DNA from: an uncultured Rhodothermales bacterium
Lineage (GTDB): Bacteria; Bacteroidota; Rhodothermia; Rhodothermales; CAYLXM01
Assembly: GCA_964539455.1 (NCBI GenBank)
Contig: CAZIIP010000001.1
Coordinates: 2,380 to 66,379, forward strand
Direction: 5' to 3'
Length of the DNA: 64,000 bases
Made by a program: the position numbers and the translations under genes. Under the pieces are notes generated by a model that saw nothing but the letters and a program-made list of their open reading frames with translations, made no database searches and was not told the origin of the DNA. Positions within the stretch are counted from its first letter, which is position 1, and each line of letters starts with the position of its first letter. Below are positions 57,601-64,000 of the stretch, piece by piece.

Positions 57601-60600
57601 TATTGGTCAGGGCATAGAGGTTTCGGGTTTTAAGCGTTAGTTCCAGCAGGTTGAGCACTTTTACGGTCCTGTTGAACAAAACCGTAGCCGGAATGGCAAC
57701 CGGTGCCGTGGGCGGAAACGCCAAAAATGGTACAAGGGACGCCGATACGATCTCCATGCCGTTTTTAATAGCTCCGGCAACGTCCAGAATAAAGGCAAAA
57801 TTGCCGGTAGTCGTCGAGTTAACAGCCGCGACCGTCTTCGTGCGCGCATCCACGATGTGTTTTTGCACGGCTTGTTGATCGACCTGAATCGCGTCTTCGG
57901 TAGGAACGAATCCCGCCGCCTGTGTCAACGTTGCCTGAATCGCCTCTTCCGTCATGTCGGCATACATCGCCTTGACCAGCTCGGTAGAGGCGTTTGCATT
58001 GGCGATTTTGTCCTTAACGATCTGCTCGGGCTTGGCCGATGTCTGTGTTGCGACGTAGTTCGCCACCAAAATTTCGAGTGACTTCTTCACGCGCGCAGCG
58101 CCGTTCGTCGACGGATCAACCGAATTGATCATGTAGTCCATGATCCGGTTTCGAACGGCGTCGAACAGACCGGAGAACTTGGTGGTGAACTTGCCGACGA
58201 GCAGATCGAGCTTGGTCCAGGAGACCAGTCCGCGGGCGATCGTAATGTTTCCCAATCGCCGCAGCATGCCTTGCAGGAATCCCGCCAGTTTGGCATTGAG
58301 CCCTCCCAGGCTCGCCGCCGTTCCGGCGAGATCTACGATGACCCCGGCAAAGTCTCCGCTAATGCCCGCGGCGCTCGACGCAATCTGCTGGTTGGCTCTC
58401 ATTGCCAGAAAAAGGCGATAGAGCCGTTCGTCCGTCGCCTCGGGAGCAAGAGGAAACGAATTTCCGAACGAGGCGGCACTCAGCATCTCGTCACGGTACG
58501 GCTTGTTCGGTACCAGAGGGATGGACAGCCCGTAGATCGACGGATCACCGAAATTTGTCAGGCTGCCGATTTGACCTCCAAGTGCCTGTCGGCGGTTGAC
58601 CACGCCCATCTCCAGGAGGGGAAACTCAGGGTCTTCCGCATCGACGGTCCAGACCTCCGCGACCTTCTGTCGAATTCCGCGGCCGTATTTGTTGGGAAAT
58701 GCCTCGAACGTGTACTGCCCGGGATCGAGTTCGAACCAGTACTCGCCCGAAATATTGGTTTGTACCGTCTGGGAAGACCCGTCCTCGCCGGTCGCCTTTA
58801 CCGTGACGTCGAACAGTCCGAAATCGGAGCCCTTGATGACGACCCGATTAGATGCCTTCACTTCACCCGGTCCGATGAAGTGCGGACTATCCGGCGTACC
58901 GTTGAAACTTGCAAGCTCGAGGTCGTCTTCGGCGCGGATGTAATACTCCACGCCGTCCTCCGTTGCTGCAGTTCCCGGAATTGCAGCCGTATACAGGTCG
59001 TCTCCGCTGTTCGTCATCGACACGATCGTGTATGACAGCGCACCGAACTTCCGGTATCCCAGCTCGACCTTTTCCAGTTCGTTTGTTTCGTCCTTGACGG
59101 TCGCCTGAATGGAAATCGGTTCCTCCGGCACCAGCTCCGTGACCGGATCATGGTCGATCTCCGGCGGCTCGTTGGGCAAGACCGCAATCTGATAGGGATT
59201 CGAAGCGGGATCGGTCTCCGGATCGGACGCGGTTATTACACCGTCCGATGCCGTTATGTAGAAGTCGACTCCCGGCTCGGTGACACTTTCGCCCGGGACC
59301 ACTGCCGAATAGATGTCACCGCCGGCTGAAGACATTGCTGCGGCGGCATATCCATCCAGGCCGTCTTCAGTATTCTTGTAAAACAATGTGACGGTTTCCA
59401 CATCGGGTTCGACCTCGTCAACAACCTCTGCCGATATCGTGAGCGGCTCTTCGAGCGCCTGGCCTTCAGACATCAGCGCCAGGGTTGCGCCTGTGAGCGA
59501 GATTTCCGGTTCCTCGCCGGGGATATAGCTGCCGGTTGCCGTGGTGCTTTCCTCACCGTCGGATATGTCTACCCGAACCTCCCGCTCCTCACCGTCAGGT
59601 TCCGGACGACTTGAACGATAGCTGACCACGTAGGTACTGGCCACGGCGCCGGCGATGTCGTCGAGAATCTCGTTAAACGGGCTGGTCACGTTGAAAAAAC
59701 CGCCACCTGTCTCCTCCGAAATGCTGCCCTCTCCGACGTATTGAGCGGTATTGATCGCAACGGCATATAGCGTGGCGCCCGAACCATTGATTGCGCTTAT
59801 AAGTCCGGCCTGCGTCGGAGGTGTCGGCACGATGTAGTCTTCTTCCCTGCCGTCGTGGCTCCAGGCATCCGTAATGAGGACGATGATTTTCTGGCTCCCC
59901 GCCCGATAGGCGATTGAGTTTAATGCGACCTGTACCGCACCAAAGCCGTTCTCGGGAAAATCACCTCCACCTGAAGCGCTGAGACTGCCGATGAGGCTCT
60001 TAAATGCCTCCGCATTTGTGGTCAACGTGCCCCCCTGTCTTACCGTGACGTTGTCCTTGTACGTAACGAGACCCAGCCCGAAGTCAACCCCGCGTGCGAC
60101 CAGTGCGTCGACAAAAGCGATTACGTTGTCTTTTGCAGCCGTGATTTCCCCCGCCATACTCGACGTGTCGTCGAATACGAAAACGACATCCGCCAGCCGC
60201 ACCCCGCCTCCGGATGCCGGTGGCACCACATTAAAGAAGTCGGTTTGAAGGATGTTGTCTTCGAAAACCTGGAAGTTGGCCTTTGTCAGATCGCTGATGG
60301 ACTCGCCGTCCTTGCTGACGGAGATATTCATGAAAATGAACGGGAAGTTCAGCGCGTTTATCGACGACATGGTGGCGGTGAGCGCGCGCGGCGCCAATGC
60401 GATGTGCCTCACTATCTGCAGCGACTCGATGCGCCATCCCGCTCCGGAAACGCTCCCGTCGGACCTCATCCTGAATCCCAGTCGGATTCTCTCACCGGCA
60501 AATCTTGAAAGGTCCGTTCGGGATTCGTGCCAGTCCGCCCTTCCCGACCTGCTGTCAACTACTATCCATGTTCGGCCGCCGTCGAGGGAAAGCTCGACTG

Positions 60601-61006
60601 TCCCCTCGTCGTATCCGGTCTCGACCTCAAATGACTCATGCATCATAAGCATCAGCCGCGTGCCCGGCGTCAGCGTGGGCAAATCGATTTCCGGCCCCGT
60701 CAATAGTGCGTTCTCGCTATTTCCGTACCCTCCCGCCAGACCGGTAGCCACGATATCCGCCATTCCACTGTCTGGTCCACCTTCGACCGTTCCCCGCTCC
60801 CAACTGCCGTTTTCCTGCCATCCATCCTCCCCAGCGGCGAATAACGTGTGGTACACAACATCCGTGATCCGGGAAGCGAGTGTCTCCTCATGCCGCGGTG
60901 GCTCCGTTTCATGAAAAAGACCTTTCCGAATGGACTGGGCGTCCTGACCGAGCAACACCGATGCGGAGAGAAAGCACAAGACAAAAGATTGGGAGATGCG
61001 AACCAT
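54683..61006 (-). CDS. giant (2107 aa) T9SS-secreted multidomain protein: N-terminal beta-sandwich, vWA, two Ig-like modules, CarbopepD_reg-like, ~500-aa helical core, TSP3-like Ca-binding repeats, IPT/TIG-, PPC-, FN3-, cadherin-like modules, T9SS CTD
   Basis: Signal peptide MVRISQSFVLCFLSASVLLGQ. vWA with a MIDAS-like VFVFDDTSSM...LITDA (aa ~270-460). Tandem ~105-aa modules (aa ~500-715). Asp-rich DADEDGMPD...DPDDDG...DTDGDGYKDGDE. EPNN... PPC-like module. Tail NYPNPFNPTTKIPF...VFDVIGRRV...LPSGVYLYRI...LLVK. Confidence 0.9.
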   Translation of the reverse strand: MVRISQSFVLCFLSASVLLGQDAQSIRKGLFHETEPPRHEETLASRITDVVYHTLFAAGEDGWQENGSWERGTVEGGPDSGMADIVATGLAGGYGNSENALLTGPEIDLPTLTPGTRLMLMMHESFEVETGYDEGTVELSLDGGRTWIVVDSRSGRADWHESRTDLSRFAGERIRLGFRMRSDGSVSGAGWRIESLQIVRHIALAPRALTATMSSINALNFPFIFMNISVSKDGESISDLTKANFQVFEDNILQTDFFNVVPPASGGGVRLADVVFVFDDTSSMAGEITAAKDNVIAFVDALVARGVDFGLGLVTYKDNVTVRQGGTLTTNAEAFKSLIGSLSASGGGDFPENGFGAVQVALNSIAYRAGSQKIIVLITDAWSHDGREEDYIVPTPPTQAGLISAINGSGATLYAVAINTAQYVGEGSISEETGGGFFNVTSPFNEILDDIAGAVASTYVVSYRSSRPEPDGEEREVRVDISDGEESTTATGSYIPGEEPEISLTGATLALMSEGQALEEPLTISAEVVDEVEPDVETVTLFYKNTEDGLDGYAAAAMSSAGGDIYSAVVPGESVTEPGVDFYITASDGVITASDPETDPASNPYQIAVLPNEPPEIDHDPVTELVPEEPISIQATVKDETNELEKVELGYRKFGALSYTIVSMTNSGDDLYTAAIPGTAATEDGVEYYIRAEDDLELASFNGTPDSPHFIGPGEVKASNRVVIKGSDFGLFDVTVKATGEDGSSQTVQTNISGEYWFELDPGQYTFEAFPNKYGRGIRQKVAEVWTVDAEDPEFPLLEMGVVNRRQALGGQIGSLTNFGDPSIYGLSIPLVPNKPYRDEMLSAASFGNSFPLAPEATDERLYRLFLAMRANQQIASSAAGISGDFAGVIVDLAGTAASLGGLNAKLAGFLQGMLRRLGNITIARGLVSWTKLDLLVGKFTTKFSGLFDAVRNRIMDYMINSVDPSTNGAARVKKSLEILVANYVATQTSAKPEQIVKDKIANANASTELVKAMYADMTEEAIQATLTQAAGFVPTEDAIQVDQQAVQKHIVDARTKTVAAVNSTTTGNFAFILDVAGAIKNGMEIVSASLVPFLAFPPTAPVAIPATVLFNRTVKVLNLLELTLKTRNLYALTNTLFSELPREMERANASAFFDAGGEAAEEAASKNRPLPRAQVTQEAQAALATALTKFETELATTKTLVDEKDYVTLVDHVAEKLLPADDELEKAARLSEAVVQGAAFDGGSIDSNFKEDYIALGDKALASTASRLKLYFALMATIFEAAASESEDLDNEEYTSVKAMFDEAVTESRNKTVLFADDLSALRDEVASKGVVRPTAAVEKVALLEGDTALEEIDASPKTFTVKATISNVTNQPITNLKADLFSTGDDAGLSLPEDKSKTIESLPPGGKTEITWTTTYNGDFEKTTLPIGVGLESPSKGVHGGGAQTLSISLKDTRDADEDGMPDKYETDFGLDVSTFDSGDDPDDDGASNLAEMLLGSDPGKADTDGDGYKDGDEIEAGSDPLDAGKTPETIAMRATPKLSAIGPGSAIRGDSDVTVEINGANFMEGSRPEFGDGIEVLSVAVKSTTKIEATLAIDGDAPVGRRDVTVKNPVGISGIAAGAFEVHEVQKVPSNVILTWDPPATIGDRPRNLSTKTSAAGVAKRGHYGLGIPAPPRGSADEAASKRLPDRPLGTYVTIDEIEPNNTIDEAQVLQGTLPIVVNASADTADVNDVFIQYNAGQPDEIRDDIEDLYSVTILSPGLTVSLTDAVADMDLFVIEVVGDGLEIRGVSNDAGVADESIEIASLPAGTYLVAATVFDDAPGGDVPTDYTLTVEGDIEGGAGVTPTAYHVYRSMTPNASSSGSRIATTSGAAGWYVDLVDGGETYYYEVTAVFDGAESNASNENLVDVETPNRVPLVWNRIPDVTLLLNGEDYRREVPGAMPLFRDLDGDVLLYEISSSDLAVVQATLEGNVVNLEATSLGSADVSLSASDGNGGWASMTFRADVPAAVASETEERVLPDKYALYGNYPNPFNPTTKIPFDVVETGHVRMDVFDVIGRRVVTLVDRSLSPGQYTANFDGAGLPSGVYLYRIEMGEFVAVKKMLLVK

Positions 61007-61360
61007 GGTGGCGCCTCAATTCGAAAAGCTGACTGAGTTGTGACATTACGCGCCAACCAGGGGCGAAGAGGGGGCCTCCGATTGACCGTAACGCCGATCT
61101 GAAAACGGGAAGATGGCCGTACGCAGCACCAGAGAAAGAGTGATAGAACCGTACGATATGCCGATTTCAGGCAGTATCCTAACAATACGTGCTTTTATCT
61201 CAAAAATCCAAGGCCGATTGCCGTACCACTGCGATTCGCCGGCTTCCGGAAGGGTTTTCGGCCATCCTTCCGCCTGTGAACCCACCCTGACGAGATCCCT
61301 TCACCTTTTCAGTGAACCGACCCCGGCCTAAGGCATTTCAGGACCGCATCGGGTGTGACC

Positions 61361-63220
61361 ATGAAGACACCACAGCCTTTCGGCTACATCAAACTGCACT
61401 ACCAGCGTACGCTGCGGTTGCTGGACCGCAGTTTTGAATGGAAGATCACCGGCCGCTGGGTGCTGTACTCCGCCCTTATCGGTGTCGCCGGTGCCGTCGG
61501 GGCGCTCGTCTTTTCACACATGGTTCGCTTCCTCACCGAGCTGGCACTGCTGGATTTCATCGGTTATGCCATGCCCGCCCCTGGCGGTGAGGCGGCTTCC
61601 GGTCCGCCCTTCGATTTGGAATCTGCACTCAGACCGGCGCGTCGTTGGCTGCTTTTTCTCGTACCGGCGCTGGGTGGTTTGCTTTCCGGTTGGCTGGTAT
61701 TCCGATTCGCGCCGGAGGCGGAGGGCCACGGCACAGACGGTGTGATACACGCCTTCCATAGGGCTCGGGGCATTATCCGTCCGCGGGTAGCGATCGTCAA
61801 AACGCTCGCATCGAGCGTAACGATCGGCACGGGCGGGAGTGCCGGACAGGAGGGCCCAATCGCGCAAATCGGCGCGACACTCGGTTCGTACGTCGCCACA
61901 CGCCTACACCTCAACGAACGCGACCGCCGGATGCTGCTTGTCGCAGGGATGGCAGCCGGGATCGGAAGCATCTTTCGTTCACCGCTCGGCGGAGCCTTTT
62001 TTGCCGTCGAAGTGCTCTATCGTGAAGACATCGAAAGCCGTGGCATCATGCCGGCCACTATCGCGGCGATAACCGGCTACTCTCTATTCAGCAGCATCGA
62101 GGGCTCGGGCACGGTATTTACAACCCCGCAGCTTCAAATCATCAATCCGCTGGAACTGCTGCCGCTCATCGGATTTGCGGTGGTGTGCGCCGTGATGGGC
62201 ATTCTGTACACGAGTGTTTTCTACAAGACCAAGGAACAAATCTTCGAGCCGTTGCCGATCCCCCGCGCCTTTAAACCGGCCGTCGGTGGGGCGCTGATCG
62301 GTACCCTCGCCTTCTTCTTTCCTGCCGTCCTCGGGTCATCGTACGGTTGGTTGCAGCAGGCAATCGAGGGAAATCTGCCGATGACGTTCATGCTTGTGCT
62401 TGTATTCGCAAAAATCCTCGCGACATCGTTTACAATCGGCTCGGGTGGCTCCGGAGGTGTTTTTGCACCCTCGCTCGTGATCGGCGGCATGCTCGGTGGA
62501 CTTTACGGACAAGGGCTTGCGGCCGTCTTTCCACAAGTGGCGGTTCAGCCACATGCGTATGTCATGATCGGCATGGCGACCTTCTTCACGGGCGTCGCCA
62601 ACGTGCCGATCGCGACGACCATCATGATTTGTGAAATGACCGGCAGTTACGTATTGCTGGTCCCGCTCATTTTCGCCGGTGTCGTAGCACATCTTCTCGC
62701 CCGCCGATGGAGCTTGTATAAGGAGCAGGTTCGCAACCAGAACGAGTCGCCTGCTCACAGCAAGCAGTTGGTACCGGAAATCATCGCGGACATCAAGGTC
62801 CGATCGATCATCCAGCATCCGGTGTATTACCACAAACTTGCCCCTGATCACACCGTGCAGGAGATCATCAGCGTGTTCACTCGAACCAAGGAAATCGTCC
62901 TTCCGGTTTTGACAGACCTGGATGCCGGGCAACCCGTGTATACGGGCCTGGTACTCCTGGATAGTATTCAGCCATATCTCGATTCGGAAGAAGCCGTAAA
63001 CGACGCACTGCTCGCAGACGACCTCGCGGTACCGTTTGCTTCGGTCTCGCTGGACGACACACTCGATCGGGTGCTGGCAACTTTCGAAAAGCTCGAATAC
63101 CCGGAACTCCCGGTGCTGAACGAGGACGGACTGATCGTCGGATTCGTGCGACCGGCGCAGGTCGTGGGCGAATACCACCGGGCATGGCTAAGAAAGCGGA
63201 AAGATGCCGACAGCCTGTAG
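61361..63220 (+). CDS. ClC-family chloride channel/antiporter with C-terminal CBS-domain pair
   Basis: ClC motifs GQEGP and GGVFAPSL, with ~10 TM helices. The first filter motif reads GHGTDG rather than GSGIP. C-terminal CBS pair. The ATG at 61361 is preferred over the GTG at 61355. Confidence 0.9.
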   Translation: MKTPQPFGYIKLHYQRTLRLLDRSFEWKITGRWVLYSALIGVAGAVGALVFSHMVRFLTELALLDFIGYAMPAPGGEAASGPPFDLESALRPARRWLLFLVPALGGLLSGWLVFRFAPEAEGHGTDGVIHAFHRARGIIRPRVAIVKTLASSVTIGTGGSAGQEGPIAQIGATLGSYVATRLHLNERDRRMLLVAGMAAGIGSIFRSPLGGAFFAVEVLYREDIESRGIMPATIAAITGYSLFSSIEGSGTVFTTPQLQIINPLELLPLIGFAVVCAVMGILYTSVFYKTKEQIFEPLPIPRAFKPAVGGALIGTLAFFFPAVLGSSYGWLQQAIEGNLPMTFMLVLVFAKILATSFTIGSGGSGGVFAPSLVIGGMLGGLYGQGLAAVFPQVAVQPHAYVMIGMATFFTGVANVPIATTIMICEMTGSYVLLVPLIFAGVVAHLLARRWSLYKEQVRNQNESPAHSKQLVPEIIADIKVRSIIQHPVYYHKLAPDHTVQEIISVFTRTKEIVLPVLTDLDAGQPVYTGLVLLDSIQPYLDSEEAVNDALLADDLAVPFASVSLDDTLDRVLATFEKLEYPELPVLNEDGLIVGFVRPAQVVGEYHRAWLRKRKDADSL

Positions 63221-63310
63221 CAAGTCTTCGTTGAAGACCGAGCGCCACACTGCGGCCGTAGCCCTCCATGCCGCGAGATCCCTCAGACAGCAGGCGATTC
63301 TCCAAGCGTG

Positions 63311-64000
63311 CTACTTGACGGTCAGTACCGGACAAGGGGCTTTGCGGACAATCCGGTCCGCAGAGCCACCAAGCTCCACATCCGGGTCGTCCGTCATTCC
63401 CTTTGCGGATATCACTATGAGGTCGGTCTCGCTCCGGATGGCGAATTCTGCGGTCTTGGCTCCCACATATCCTTTGCTCACGCTGCACGAAACGGGTGTA
63501 TTCGACTTGCTCTGCGCAACAACGAATTCCCGAAGGGCTTCTTCCGCGTGCTCACTATAGGACTCATCATACGGGGAAGTCGCTCTGGTCCATCCGCGCT
63601 CGGTAAGACGCGGAATGATGCGTTCCTCGATGACATGGAGCGCAGTGTGCCCGGCCTTGTACCGGTCGGCCAGCTCCGTTGCGGCATCAAAGGCTTTGCG
63701 AGATCGATCGGAGAAATCGATAGGTGAGAGAATGTGCCGGACAGGCTTCTCCACCAGCTTAGCGGCGCGCTCCCTTCGACCCGTGAGTACGGCGCACGGT
63801 GCCCAACGCAGTACCTCCAGTTGAACCCCGCCGAATACGCGCCTGCCCAGTATGGAGTGCGTGTATGCCGCCATCATGATCAAATCGACCTCATGCTGTT
63901 GGGCAAAGTCGATAATGGCAGCGGCTGCGGGCATCGCCGCTGCGTGTTCGAGGTGCACATTTCCCTGACCCATCGGTTTTTGCGGTACTCCGGGTGCCTG
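63311..64000 (-). CDS. tandem universal stress protein (UspA family), 5' end beyond the window
   Basis: Second USP domain is complete (ILSPIDFSDRSRKAF...DLIVISAKG......GGSADRIVRKAPCPVLTV). The first domain is truncated, and the frame stays open from 63973 to 64000. Confidence 0.8.
   Translation of the reverse strand, partial: QAPGVPQKPMGQGNVHLEHAAAMPAAAAIIDFAQQHEVDLIMMAAYTHSILGRRVFGGVQLEVLRWAPCAVLTGRRERAAKLVEKPVRHILSPIDFSDRSRKAFDAATELADRYKAGHTALHVIEERIIPRLTERGWTRATSPYDESYSEHAEEALREFVVAQSKSNTPVSCSVSKGYVGAKTAEFAIRSETDLIVISAKGMTDDPDVELGGSADRIVRKAPCPVLTVK

Noticed and set aside
55784-60914. Plus-strand ORFs of 289, 254 and 220 aa (55784..56653, 58271..59035, 60252..60914)
   Set aside because: All are antisense to the 2107-aa gene. 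The products are low-complexity and Arg/Ser/Pro-rich.
62336-63178. 280-aa minus-strand ORF
   Set aside because: Antisense to the ClC channel gene, which has canonical ClC and CBS features.

Overview
64-kb chromosomal window with about 45 protein genes. I recognise no rRNA, tRNA, CRISPR array, transposase or integrase. GC looks high by eye, except for the left ~4.7 kb. Lineage guess (inference): an FCB-group bacterium, Rhodothermota/Bacteroidota-like. Three proteins and one gene remnant end in T9SS type-A C-terminal sorting domains, and TonB-dependent receptors begin with carboxypeptidase-regulatory-like domains. Left to right: a T9SS-secreted S8 peptidase with an internally duplicated module; katG followed in frame by a DinB-like half gene; a TonB-dependent receptor plus BNR lipoprotein pair; a sulfatase remnant; an iron module (DtxR-family repressor fused to FeoA, then feoB split into G-domain and permease genes); two Gfo/Idh/MocA oxidoreductases, a cupin and a DUF4198-like protein; a TonB receptor / LytS-type kinase / LytTR regulator operon; a decayed T9SS-tail remnant; an ACT-domain gene divergent from dapB-dapA-dapD; nrfHA (ammonifying nitrite reductase, CXXCH first heme); a fasciclin lipoprotein; then a clade-II-type N2O reductase cluster (two Rrf2 regulators, cytochrome c, nosZ, a NosB-like/NosL fusion, nosD, nosF, nosY, a terminal TonB-dependent receptor). 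The right third holds two giant (2139 and 2107 aa) T9SS cargo genes. Between them lie an HhH-GPD glycosylase gene and a tight SIS / FAD-oxidoreductase / phosphotriesterase-family operon. A ClC channel with CBS domains and a partial tandem-USP gene follow. The most unusual feature is that the two giant genes have unrelated N-terminal payloads on one shared ~570-aa C-terminal cassette, and one of them has a ~500-aa helical core I cannot assign to any family. All calls rest on reading the supplied translations and the DNA by eye. No searches or statistics were run.
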